64,000 nucleotides of DNA from Oscillospiraceae bacterium. GTDB lineage: Bacteria > Bacillota > Clostridia > Oscillospirales > Oscillospiraceae. A program made the position numbers and the translations under genes. The notes below the pieces were generated by a model. That model saw nothing but the letters and a program-made list of their open reading frames with translations, ran no database searches and was not told the origin of the DNA. The stretch spans positions 286 to 64,285 of the forward strand of contig JAFPWN010000015.1 of assembly GCA_017412765.1 (NCBI GenBank). The letters run 5' to 3'. This document shows, one piece after another, positions 33,417 to 42,603 of this stretch. Every line of letters begins with the position of its first letter. Position 1 is the stretch's first letter.

Positions 33417-35351
33417 TTAATTGCCTGCCATTCTTACCTGCATACCGCTCGAAATGGGCGCGGTAGTTGTGGTTATAACGGCGTCGTTGTAGCTGAGGTC
33501 GCCGGAAACGGCTACGTTCACGTCATCCTCAGCGAGCTTCGTTACGTCGATCCTCTGCGCGGTGTAGCGGTTGCCCATCGGGCTCTGGCGCGCGACTACC
33601 ATGAGTACGAAGTCGCCGTTCGAGTCGCTTCTCATCGCGCTCTTGGGAACGATCGTGTCAAAGCTTCTGCTGCGCTCGCCGATCGTGAGATTCAGCGTAT
33701 CGCCGGAGTTTACGTCGGAGCCGGTGATGTCGAAAACGAGGATCCTGTTCGTTCTCGCGGTCTGCGGGTCGGTGCGGACAGCAACGAGGCGGGCGTTGAT
33801 ATCTCTTCCGCCCCACCACCAGCCGCTCTGAACCTCCGCCTGGTCGCCTATCATAACGCGCTGCGCCTGGTCGATCGTCACGCTCATTTCGGCGGTATAG
33901 CCGCGGTCGGGAACCTCGATGGCGACGAGCGTGCTCTCAGGCACGGTCTTGCCGCCGGCGGAGACGTTTATCTGCTTTATTACGCCGTTTATCTCGCTGT
34001 GGATCTCCGTTCCGGTCTGCACGCCGGAGTATTTTTCGACCTCCGCCTCGAGCTTTTCAACGAGCGCCTTTTTATCGTTCAGCTCGCTTGAATAGTCGTA
34101 GGAGGCTCTGTTATAGCTCGTCTGAGCATCGGTAACGGCGCGCTCGAGCCGCTTTATCTCCTCGTCGAGATTCTCGTAGCTCGTGTTTTTGAGCTTGTCA
34201 TAGGCGGCCTGCGCCTCGCTGAGAGCCTCATACTTTGTCCCGCTGTCCTCGTTTGCAAGCTCCAGCGTCTTTAGCGCCGCCTCGCACTTGGCTATAAAGT
34301 CGGGAATTTCCGCTCCCTGCGCAAGTCCGTAGGTTCTGACGGCGGCGGTGTAGGCGTCGAGCGCCTTTTTATAGCCGTCGTAGCCCTCCTTCAGGGTTTC
34401 CTGCCTCTCGTAGTCCACCGGAACGAACCATTCTCCGGTCTCGCTGTTATACTCCGAAACGCCCCACGTCAGAACGAGCTCGGAGGTGCCGTTTTCGATC
34501 TTCGTCCTCTCCTCCGCGGTATAGACGTCGATGCGGTCGGCAATGTATTTCTGCTGCTCCGCGGTGGTTTCAAGCTCCGTATAGCCCGCGGTGCGCTTGA
34601 TGACCCTTTCAGCCTCCGCGACTACCGCGTCATACGCTGTCTTGTACTTGCCCGTTGCGATCTCAAGCTCGACAGAGGCGCGCCTTACGTCGTCGGAGGA
34701 GCCGGACATGAGGTCTCTGAGCGACTCGAGCGACTCCTCGCTCACATCGCCGGAGGAAATATACTGCTTCTGCTGCTTTCCGAGCGCCTTCAGCTCGGCC
34801 TCAGCCGCCTTCACGTTTTGCTGCGCGGCGTCGTAAGCCGCCTTAGCCTCGTCGAGCGCAGCCTTTGCGGCAGCGAGGTTTTCATCGTAGGCGTCCTTGC
34901 TTGCGAGCATATCCTTCGCCTTCTGAAGCTCCTCTTTCGCGTCGTTCAGCGCTCTTGTCGCGGATCTGACGGAGGTGTCGAAGTTCACAAGCTCGTAATA
35001 CGCGCGCCGAGCCTCCTTAAGCTGAGCCTCCGCGTTCACAAGCTCCTCGCTCGACTCGTCGCTCAGCACCATGATGAGGTCGCCCACGGAGACCTCGTCT
35101 CCGAGCTTTACGTTGACGCTTCTGACCTTTCGGCTCTCATCCACGGTCACGTTGTACGTCTCGGTCGCCTTGACGGTGCCGGTGCCGCGGATCTGGACGT
35201 TTATAGACCCGCTCGTGACGGTGCGGATAGCGACCTCGGGAAGCGTCGCGTTCATGATCGTATTTGAGAAGAAGGTCAGCACAAGCAGAACGGACAGAAA
35301 AACGATCGCCGCCGTCTTGACCCAACCTCTTTTATTCTTCTTTTCTTCCAT
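33417..35351 (-). CDS. HlyD/membrane-fusion-protein-family periplasmic adaptor with a very long coiled coil
   Basis: 644 aa. N-terminal TM, a lipoyl-like motif (VNVKLGDEVSVGDLIMVL), about 300 aa of A/E/K-rich coiled coil, and a C-terminal beta domain. Only 4 nt after the MalG-like stop. Confidence 0.8.
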   Translation of the reverse strand: MEEKKNKRGWVKTAAIVFLSVLLVLTFFSNTIMNATLPEVAIRTVTSGSINVQIRGTGTVKATETYNVTVDESRKVRSVNVKLGDEVSVGDLIMVLSDESSEELVNAEAQLKEARRAYYELVNFDTSVRSATRALNDAKEELQKAKDMLASKDAYDENLAAAKAALDEAKAAYDAAQQNVKAAEAELKALGKQQKQYISSGDVSEESLESLRDLMSGSSDDVRRASVELEIATGKYKTAYDAVVAEAERVIKRTAGYTELETTAEQQKYIADRIDVYTAEERTKIENGTSELVLTWGVSEYNSETGEWFVPVDYERQETLKEGYDGYKKALDAYTAAVRTYGLAQGAEIPDFIAKCEAALKTLELANEDSGTKYEALSEAQAAYDKLKNTSYENLDEEIKRLERAVTDAQTSYNRASYDYSSELNDKKALVEKLEAEVEKYSGVQTGTEIHSEINGVIKQINVSAGGKTVPESTLVAIEVPDRGYTAEMSVTIDQAQRVMIGDQAEVQSGWWWGGRDINARLVAVRTDPQTARTNRILVFDITGSDVNSGDTLNLTIGERSRSFDTIVPKSAMRSDSNGDFVLMVVARQSPMGNRYTAQRIDVTKLAEDDVNVAVSGDLSYNDAVITTTTAPISSGMQVRMAGN

Positions 35352-35355
35352 GGTA

Positions 35356-36237
35356 TTACCCCTTTACTGAGCCCTGATGCGCGATCCCCTCGACGAGATA
35401 CTCCTCGCCGCCGAGGAACAGCAGCAGCGTCGGCACCATATATATCGTAGCAACGGCGAAGGCAAGTCCCACCTCGCCGGCGTTTATCTTGCTTAAGAAT
35501 ACGCTCAGAGGCTGCTGAGTTTCGTCAGCCAGCAGTATAAGCGGCTGCTCGACCATGTTCCAATAGTCGATGAAAACGAGAATTGCGATCGAAAAGAGCG
35601 CCGCCCTGCACTGAGGCAGGCAGATCTTCGTAAAAACGTGCCACTCGCTCGCGCCGTCGATCTTCGCGGCCTCTATGAGCGAATAAGGCACTCGGCGCAT
35701 GAACTTCGTCAGCAGAAAGACGGAGAACGGCGCCACCGCGCCGGGCAGTATGATAGCCGCGCGCGTGTTGATAATGCCGAGCCAGTCGGAAACGAGGTAG
35801 TTCGGCACAAGCGTTACCTGATACGGCATGAGCATAAGAATGACGTAAAAGAAGAATATCGCCGCTCTTACCTTGCCGCGCCAGCGCGTAAAGCCGTAGG
35901 CGGCGAGCGAAGCGATGCCGAGCTGCAGAAAGACTATCGGCACGACGAGGATAACGCTGTTCCAGAATTTCAGAAGATAGTCCGGGCTCTTGAAGAGCAC
36001 GGTAATATACTGTGAAAAGCTCACCTTGTCCGGAATGAACTTTAGGTTCACCTTCTCGGAAACGTAGGTCTTGCCGGTGTTTGCCGTTCCGAAAACGGCG
36101 CCGTAGTTTGCGTCGATCTCGGTCTCGGTCATAAAGCTGTTCGTGATCGTCAGAACGGTCGGCATAAGAAACGCGAAGGCAAAGACGAGGCAGGCAATAA
36201 ATGTTATCGCCCTGCCGAAATAGCGCTTTTTCTTCAT
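35356..36237 (-). CDS. Carbohydrate ABC transporter permease (MalG-like)
   Basis: Start moved to ATG 36235-36237 (MKKKRYFG..), which makes an ATGA overlap with the upstream stop. EAA-loop-like LIEAAKIDGASEWHVFTKICLP. Confidence 0.88.
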   Translation of the reverse strand: MKKKRYFGRAITFIACLVFAFAFLMPTVLTITNSFMTETEIDANYGAVFGTANTGKTYVSEKVNLKFIPDKVSFSQYITVLFKSPDYLLKFWNSVILVVPIVFLQLGIASLAAYGFTRWRGKVRAAIFFFYVILMLMPYQVTLVPNYLVSDWLGIINTRAAIILPGAVAPFSVFLLTKFMRRVPYSLIEAAKIDGASEWHVFTKICLPQCRAALFSIAILVFIDYWNMVEQPLILLADETQQPLSVFLSKINAGEVGLAFAVATIYMVPTLLLFLGGEEYLVEGIAHQGSVKG

Positions 36238-37196
36238 CCCTCCACGTCCTTTCCGAACCAATCCTCTACGATGAAGAGAACGGCAATGATCACGATCATT
36301 ACGAGCGCCATCATGACAGCCGCAGCGGAGAGCTTCTGGTAGTCAAGGGATTTGAACATATTGTTCATAAAGTGCTGGAGGGTGTAGAGCGAATCGAACG
36401 GGTAATTGCCCGTCAGAAGATACACCTCGCGGAATACCTTGAAGGAGTTTATCAGCGAGAGTATCGCAACGAACAGCACCGTCGGGCTGAGATAGCGCAG
36501 CTTTATCGCAAAGAACTTATACAGCGGGCTCGCGCCCTCAACGTCCGCGACCTCCAATAGCTCCGTCGGAATATTCGCAAGAGCTGACATGAAGAGTATC
36601 ATGTTGTAGCCGAGGTTTTTCCACAGAAACAGCAGTATTACGACGAGCGGCGCGTGGTCGGATTTGAACCAGTCTATCGCCTCGGCGCCGAAAAGCGCGG
36701 TCACGTCGTTGACTACGCCGTTCTGATTGAAAAGCACCTGCCAGATAAGGATGATGCTCGCCACCGGCACCATCATCGGGCTGAGAAAGAAGGTCCTGAA
36801 CTGGCTCTTCAGCGGAATTCGCGTATCGAGCAGGAGCGCCAGCACGAGGCTCAGCACGACCGCGAGCGGAACAGCCGTTGCGGAGAATATCGCCGTATTC
36901 CTCGCCGCCGTCTGGAAGGTCGAGTTTTTTATGAGATTGAGATAGTTGTCAAGCCCGACAAATTCCGGATTCAGGCTCGAGCGTATTAGCGAGTAGTAGA
37001 CTACAACGCCGAACGGCACTATAAAGAAAACGAGTACGCCGATAAAGCTCAGTCCGGAAAACGAGAGCGAGGAGAGAACGTCCTTCAGTCTGAGAAGCAC
37101 TCCCTCAGCCCGCTCCTTATTTGTCACGGGGCCGCGTATTTCCTTCAGGCGGGCCTTCCTCGCCTTTTTTTCTTTCAGGGAAACGATAACGCTCAC
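36234..37196 (-). CDS. Carbohydrate ABC transporter permease (MalF-like)
   Basis: 320 aa with a GTG start, six TM helices and LLEVADVEGASPLYKFFAIKLRYLSP (EAA loop). Confidence 0.85.
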   Translation of the reverse strand: MSVIVSLKEKKARKARLKEIRGPVTNKERAEGVLLRLKDVLSSLSFSGLSFIGVLVFFIVPFGVVVYYSLIRSSLNPEFVGLDNYLNLIKNSTFQTAARNTAIFSATAVPLAVVLSLVLALLLDTRIPLKSQFRTFFLSPMMVPVASIILIWQVLFNQNGVVNDVTALFGAEAIDWFKSDHAPLVVILLFLWKNLGYNMILFMSALANIPTELLEVADVEGASPLYKFFAIKLRYLSPTVLFVAILSLINSFKVFREVYLLTGNYPFDSLYTLQHFMNNMFKSLDYQKLSAAAVMMALVMIVIIAVLFIVEDWFGKDVEG

Positions 37197-37225
37197 CTGC
37201 TTTCTTTTAGTATTACACAGTAAGC

Positions 37226-37291
37226 GGGCGGGTACGGAGACCCGCCCCTGTCAGCCCCTGCCATCCACACAAAAGCGATGCTTTTGTGTGG
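37226..37291 (-). promoter_or_regulatory. Two strong intercistronic hairpins between the SBP and permease genes
   Basis: GGGCGGGT-acggag-ACCCGCCC (37226-47) and CCACACAAAAGC-gat-GCTTTTGTGTGG (37265-91). The position is typical of mRNA-stabilising or attenuating structures after binding-protein genes. Confidence 0.55.
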
Positions 37292-37370
37292 AAAAGGAGG
37301 CGCAGCGTAATGAATAAGCTCTGCCGCGCCCCTCAGCGGTAGAGCGCATGAGATGAAGCTTACGCCGACG

Positions 37371-39947
37371 TTATCTCTGCTCGTTGACGTAGAGATTGAT
37401 TCTTCTCTGAATGGTGTCGGCGGTCTGCTGAGAGCTCTGCTTGCCGTCGAAGTACGGAGCCGCCTCCTCGAGAATGATGGTGACGATGCTCATATCTGCG
37501 GAGTTGAGGCGGGTGGTGGAATTTATGACGCTCTCGATCTTCGCTCTCTCCTCCTCGGTCATGGCAAAGAAGCACTGCTCCGCGGGATACTGCTCGCTCG
37601 GGCCGGTGATGGTGCCTGCCTGCTTTGTCGCGGCAACCGCGACGTCATCCTCATAGACGATTCCGCCGCCGCCCTCGCCGTACCAGTACCAGTCCTTCGG
37701 TATCTCGACCTTGCCGATGACGTTGCCGTTCTCGTCGTAGTTATCCTCGTACTGGGGCGTGCAGGCGTCATTGAGCATCTTGTCGAACACGGCCTTGTTG
37801 GTCGGAATTCCGTAGTTATTAGACTGGAACTCCTCGGTGAAGAAGTAGCGCATGAAGCTCCACGCGCCCTCCTTATCGGAGCAGCGGCTGCTCATTGCGA
37901 TCGTGCCGTTATTCGAGATATTCCACGCGCTGCCGCTGCCGCTCGAAACGGGGTAGCCGACGAAGGTCGCGCCGCCAAAGAGTCTGTCATACTGGCGCCA
38001 ATCGGTAAAGCCGTTAACCTGAGTCGACCAGAGCATCTGTCTGCCCTCGCGGAAGCGGGTGAGCTCGGAGTCGTCAACGTTCGGGTCGTACTCCTTCTCC
38101 CAGTCATACGGGGTCTTGCGGAAGAGGTTGCAGAACTCAAGCGCGGCGACGAAGTCGGGAGAGTCGAATTTGCACTCGCCGGTGGACCAGTTGATGAGAT
38201 CGTCCATCATATAGCCCGTTAGCTCACTGAGCATATCGGAGGCATTTGTGTATTTTGAGAAGATGTCCGCGCCCTGCGGCATACGCTTGTAAGCCTCCAT
38301 AAGATCGGAGATCGTCCAGTAAACGCTGCCGTCGGGATTCGTGCGAACGAGGTCGCCCACGAGGCTCGTCGGCGCCATGACGGTCGAGAGATACGCGGTC
38401 GGGACGGTGTACCAGAGCTTTCCGTCAGCGTCCTTGACGGCGTTCATTATCGGCGCGACAAGTCCCGCCATGCCGCCGATGCCGGTATCCTGCTCGATCC
38501 AGGGGGTAAGCTCCTCGAGGTAGCCCTTTGCCGCAAGGCGGGTTACGGGGAGCTGATTAATATCGAACATATCGGGGATATTTCCGGCAAGAAGCTCTGT
38601 CGTGAGCTTCGTAAGACCGGCTTCCCAGTCGTTCTCGGTGTTGTACTGGCTGTAATCAATGACCTTGATGCGGTATTTGTCATTGCTGCGGTTGAAATTA
38701 AGGATCTGCCTGCGGACGTTGTAGTTCAGGTACATGCAGGCGAAGGTGAGCACGGTTCTGACCGGGATCTCGCTGTTTTTGACCGGGTGGATATTGACAA
38801 CGCTCATTTCCATGCCCTGATCGTTCCAGGTGGAGGAAATGGCAAAGAAGGTGCCGTCGTCAAGCGGGGTGATGTTGCCGATATCGCTCATATCGATATC
38901 GCTGTTTATGAAGTTCACGATCTCCTCGCAGGTGCCGTCGGAGAGCTTGACGCCGTAAATGCCGGTGGAGCTCATGCCGTAGAGATCGTAGTCCCCGGTG
39001 CCGGTGACGTAGTTATAGATGTCGCCCTTGGACGGGATGTCGTAATCGTCGCCAAGCTTGAAATTATCGACGTCGAGAGCCTTCCAGACCTCCTTGCCGG
39101 TGCCATCAAGCTCGTTATACTCATAGTTTCGGGTGACGATGGTGCCGTCGCGCAGAGCCACGACGGTGCCGAAGTAGGAATCAGAGGAGATTTTGCCGAG
39201 CACCTCGCCCTCGGCGCTCAGAACGTAAGCCGTCATATCGCTGAAGGCGATAAGCTTGCCGTCCTTTGTGGGGAGGAGACCGTTTACATAGAAGTAATCC
39301 GCGTCGGGCGCGATGACGCTCGAATCAATGGTGGCAAGCGCGGAGCCGTCGGGACCGAGCTTTGCGATAACCGCGCCGTTTTTGTACTCCTGATAGTTGT
39401 ACCACTGCTCGGAGTAAGGCTCAACGCCCTCTGGAGCGGTATTGCGGCTCGCATAGTAGCTCTCTACCGCCCAGATATTACCGTCGCCGGCGTCGCTGAT
39501 GGACTGAATATAGCTCGAAGCGTTGTCCCAGCCCTCTTCATCAGGTTTGTATGCCTCGAAGCCCTCGAGCTTCGTAATGTTGCTGCCGTCGGTGTCCATA
39601 TTCCAGAGGTATGTGACCTGGTATCCGTTATCACCGATCATATTTCCGTTTTCATCGTAAACGGGGTCGTTGACATACTCGCTCGTTGTGTACCAGAGCT
39701 TGCCAGCGGCGTAGCGCACGTCGTAATACATGCCGTCTTCATTTGAATCGAGCTTGGAGTACGACGCTACGTAGGTGTAGCCCTCGGGGTCGGATATAGC
39801 GGGGTTATCCTCCGCCTTCGGGCCGGAAGGGTTAGTGTTGTCCGGCTTTGCCGGGTCGCCGTCAGTCTTCGGAGTGCAGCCGGAGAGGGCGCCGATGACC
39901 ATTACAAGCGCCAACATGAGCGCCAGTGTGCGGGTAAAATTCTTCAT
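37371..39947 (-). CDS. Giant lipoprotein: about 380-aa beta-rich N-terminal domain fused to an ABC solute-binding domain
   Basis: 858 aa with lipobox LALVMVIGALSGCTPK. The C-terminal half has an SBP family-1-like pattern (..YRIKVIDYSQY..LLAGNIPDMFD..). The N-terminal half is rich in D/G/Y/W beta-strand repeats. Confidence 0.85.
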   Translation of the reverse strand: MKNFTRTLALMLALVMVIGALSGCTPKTDGDPAKPDNTNPSGPKAEDNPAISDPEGYTYVASYSKLDSNEDGMYYDVRYAAGKLWYTTSEYVNDPVYDENGNMIGDNGYQVTYLWNMDTDGSNITKLEGFEAYKPDEEGWDNASSYIQSISDAGDGNIWAVESYYASRNTAPEGVEPYSEQWYNYQEYKNGAVIAKLGPDGSALATIDSSVIAPDADYFYVNGLLPTKDGKLIAFSDMTAYVLSAEGEVLGKISSDSYFGTVVALRDGTIVTRNYEYNELDGTGKEVWKALDVDNFKLGDDYDIPSKGDIYNYVTGTGDYDLYGMSSTGIYGVKLSDGTCEEIVNFINSDIDMSDIGNITPLDDGTFFAISSTWNDQGMEMSVVNIHPVKNSEIPVRTVLTFACMYLNYNVRRQILNFNRSNDKYRIKVIDYSQYNTENDWEAGLTKLTTELLAGNIPDMFDINQLPVTRLAAKGYLEELTPWIEQDTGIGGMAGLVAPIMNAVKDADGKLWYTVPTAYLSTVMAPTSLVGDLVRTNPDGSVYWTISDLMEAYKRMPQGADIFSKYTNASDMLSELTGYMMDDLINWSTGECKFDSPDFVAALEFCNLFRKTPYDWEKEYDPNVDDSELTRFREGRQMLWSTQVNGFTDWRQYDRLFGGATFVGYPVSSGSGSAWNISNNGTIAMSSRCSDKEGAWSFMRYFFTEEFQSNNYGIPTNKAVFDKMLNDACTPQYEDNYDENGNVIGKVEIPKDWYWYGEGGGGIVYEDDVAVAATKQAGTITGPSEQYPAEQCFFAMTEEERAKIESVINSTTRLNSADMSIVTIILEEAAPYFDGKQSSQQTADTIQRRINLYVNEQR

Positions 39948-40051
39948 TATGTACCTCCTGAAAAAAGAAAGAGCCTATGTTTACACATTTCAGACGAGCT
40001 GACGGAAGGATTTGTTCCCGTCTCGACGGAATAAATTACATAGATGTGGTA

Positions 40052-40080
40052 AGTTTACCATAATTCGATAGAGTAGTCAA
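40052..40080 (-). promoter_or_regulatory. Sigma-A promoter of the ABC operon
   Basis: The minus strand reads TTGACT-N17-(TGg)TAAACT, about 100 nt upstream of ATG 39947. Confidence 0.6.
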
Positions 40081-40102
40081 TAGAATTTATCGTTTTTCGA
40101 TA

Positions 40103-40131
40103 TTGACTTTTTCTGCTCGCCGTCCTATAAT
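40103..40131 (+). promoter_or_regulatory. Sigma-A promoter of metY
   Basis: TTGACT-N17-TATAAT, about 45 nt upstream of ATG 40176. The leader is too short for a riboswitch. Confidence 0.75.
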
Positions 40132-40175
40132 CCTACTAACCTACTTTTTTAGTATGTTTATAGGAGGAACACACT

Positions 40176-41453
40176 ATGGCAAATTACAGATTCGAGACCT
40201 TACAGCTCCACGCAGGTCAGGAAAAGCCCGATCCGGCTACCGGCGCGAGGAGCGTGCCGATATACCAGACCGCGAGCTACGTCTTCAACAACTCGCAGCA
40301 CGCCGCCGACAGATTCGGTCTGCGCGACGCCGGAAACATCTACGGCAGGCTCACAAATCCCACTCAGGGCGTTCTCGAGGAGCGCATGGCTGCGCTCGAG
40401 GGCGGCGTCGCGGCGCTCGCCGTCGCCTCCGGCGCGGCGGCTGTCAGCTACGTTATCGAGGCTCTCGCGCAGGGCGGCGGTCACGTCGTCGCGCAGAAAA
40501 CGATCTACGGCGGAACCTACAATCTTCTCGCCCACACCCTGCCCGCTCTCGGCATCAGCACCACGTTCGTTGACGCGCACGATATTTCCGCGCTCGAGGC
40601 AGCGATAAAGCCCGAAACGAGGCTCGTCTACCTTGAAACGCTCGGAAACCCAAGCTCCGATATTCCGGATATCGACGCCATCTCCGCGGTCGCCCACGCG
40701 CACGGCGTACCGGTCGCGGTTGACAACACCTTTGCAACCCCTTATCTCTTCCGCCCGATCGAGCACGGCGCGGACGTTGTAGTTCACTCCGCAACGAAAT
40801 TCCTCGGCGGTCACGGCACGACGCTCGGCGGCATAATCGTTGACGGCGGCACGTTTGAGTGGACAGCGGATAAGTATCCCGCGCTCGCCGCGCCGAACCC
40901 GAGCTACCACGGCGTTTCTTTCACAGCCGCGGCGGGCAAGGCGGCGCTTGCGACCTATATCCGCGCTATCCTGCTGCGCGACACCGGCGCGGCGATCAGC
41001 CCGTTCAACGCGTTTCTGCTCCTTCAGGGCATCGAAACCCTCTCTCTTCGCGTAGAGCGCCACGCTGAGAACACGAAAAAGGTGCTGTATTTCCTTGAGC
41101 ACCACCCGAAGGTCGCAAAAATCAGCCATCCGGCGCTGCCCGGTCATCCCGATCACGCGCTCTATGAGCGATATTTCCCGAATGGCGGCGGCTCGATATT
41201 CACCTTTGATATAAAGGGCGGTGAAGAGGAGGCATTCCGCTTCATCGACTCGCTTGAGATATTCTCTCTGCTCGCCAACGTCGCCGACGTCAAGAGCCTT
41301 GTGATCCACCCTGCCACGACGACCCACTCGCAGCTCTCGCCCGAGGAGCTCGCAGAGCAGAACATCACCCCCGCGACAGTGCGCCTCTCCATCGGCACCG
41401 AGCACGCCGACGATCTGATCGCAGACCTCGCCCAGGCTCTCGGAAAGGTGTAA
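40176..41453 (+). CDS. metY: O-acetylhomoserine sulfhydrylase / aminocarboxypropyltransferase (PLP-dependent)
   Basis: 425 aa: ETLQLHAGQEKPDPATGARSVPIYQTASYVF.., HSATKFLGGHG (PLP lysine). Confidence 0.9.
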   Translation: MANYRFETLQLHAGQEKPDPATGARSVPIYQTASYVFNNSQHAADRFGLRDAGNIYGRLTNPTQGVLEERMAALEGGVAALAVASGAAAVSYVIEALAQGGGHVVAQKTIYGGTYNLLAHTLPALGISTTFVDAHDISALEAAIKPETRLVYLETLGNPSSDIPDIDAISAVAHAHGVPVAVDNTFATPYLFRPIEHGADVVVHSATKFLGGHGTTLGGIIVDGGTFEWTADKYPALAAPNPSYHGVSFTAAAGKAALATYIRAILLRDTGAAISPFNAFLLLQGIETLSLRVERHAENTKKVLYFLEHHPKVAKISHPALPGHPDHALYERYFPNGGGSIFTFDIKGGEEEAFRFIDSLEIFSLLANVADVKSLVIHPATTTHSQLSPEELAEQNITPATVRLSIGTEHADDLIADLAQALGKV

Positions 41454-41514
41454 TGCACTTTACAAAAGTCCGAAATAATGATAAACTACCCAAAAACGCT
41501 GAAGAAGTGATCTA

Positions 41515-42603
41515 ATGCAAGAAAAAAGCTGTCTTGTCGCCATGAGCGGCGGGGTGGATTCCTCGGTCGCGGCATATCTCATCCGCTCCGCAGGCTATGA
41601 GACTGCGGGCGTGACAATGAAGCTCTTCGACCCTGAGTTCTCCGATCCCAAGGGGCGCACCTGCTGCTCTGAGAAGGATATTCACGACGCCGACGACGTT
41701 TCGATACTCATTGACATACCCTATGAGGTGGTCGATCTGCGGCGGGAGTTTGACGAGAGGGTCATAAAGCCCTTTATATCGGTCTATGAAGCCGGCGGAA
41801 CGCCCAACCCCTGCATCGAGTGCAACAAGTTCATGAAATTTTCAGCCCTGCGCGATTATGCCGACAGCCGCGGGTTATACTATATCGCAACGGGTCACTA
41901 CGCAAGGGTGGAGTTCGACGGGGCGCGCGGCCGGTGGATACTCAGAAAGGCTCTCGACAGCAAAAAAGACCAGAGCTACGTGCTGTACAATCTGACGCAG
42001 TCCGACCTTCAGCGCGTTCTCTTTCCCCTCGGCAATATGACGAAGGACGAGGTTCGCTCTATCGCTGAGCGCGAGGGCTACATCAACGCCCGCAAGCGCG
42101 ACAGTCAGGACATCTGCTTCGTGCCGGACGGCGATTACGCCGCGTTCATGGAGCGCAGACGGGGCGAAAAATACCCGCAGGGCGACTATGTTTCGCCGGA
42201 CGGCAGGGTTTTGGGCTCGCATCTCGGCTCCGTCCACTACACCGTCGGTCAGCGCAGGGGGCTTGATCTAGCCATGGGCGAGCGCTGTTACGTCATAGAA
42301 AAGGACGCCGCGCGCAACACAGTGACCGTTTCAACAGACGAAAGCCTCCTCTTTCACCGCGTGTGCAAATTGACGGACTGCAATCTCATCTCCGTATCCG
42401 AGATACCGCCCGAGGGGATGAGCGTAAGCGCAAAGACGCGCTATTCCCAGCGCGAGGCTCCCGCGACCGTCTACCCGGACGGCGACGGGCTGCGCCTCGA
42501 ATTCTCTGAGCCGCAGAGAGCCATGACAGTCGGTCAGAGCGCCGTTTTTTACGACGGCGATATCGTCGTCGGCGGCGGCATAATTAAGGAGGTGGGCGCA
42601 TGA
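41515..42603 (+). CDS. mnmA: tRNA 2-thiouridine(34) synthase
   Basis: 362 aa: VAMSGGVDSSVAAYL (PP-loop), ..NPCIECNKFMKF.., SQDICF. Confidence 0.9.
   Translation: MQEKSCLVAMSGGVDSSVAAYLIRSAGYETAGVTMKLFDPEFSDPKGRTCCSEKDIHDADDVSILIDIPYEVVDLRREFDERVIKPFISVYEAGGTPNPCIECNKFMKFSALRDYADSRGLYYIATGHYARVEFDGARGRWILRKALDSKKDQSYVLYNLTQSDLQRVLFPLGNMTKDEVRSIAEREGYINARKRDSQDICFVPDGDYAAFMERRRGEKYPQGDYVSPDGRVLGSHLGSVHYTVGQRRGLDLAMGERCYVIEKDAARNTVTVSTDESLLFHRVCKLTDCNLISVSEIPPEGMSVSAKTRYSQREAPATVYPDGDGLRLEFSEPQRAMTVGQSAVFYDGDIVVGGGIIKEVGA

Noticed and set aside
37353-39746. Plus-strand ORFs 37353-38222 and 38787-39746
   Set aside because: Antisense to the 858-aa lipoprotein/SBP gene, with shadow-frame composition.
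40132-40175. SAM (S-box) riboswitch or T-box upstream of metY
   Set aside because: The consensus promoter leaves a leader of only about 45 nt, and no S-box or T-box conserved segments are visible.
40200-41405. 401-aa minus-strand ORF opposite metY; similar long antisense ORFs opposite dnaK (56632-57960), dnaJ (55442-56293), the MsmX-like ATPase (31475-32428) and the lipid kinase (23860-24588)
   Set aside because: All lie opposite genes with unambiguous conserved motifs and are shadow frames.
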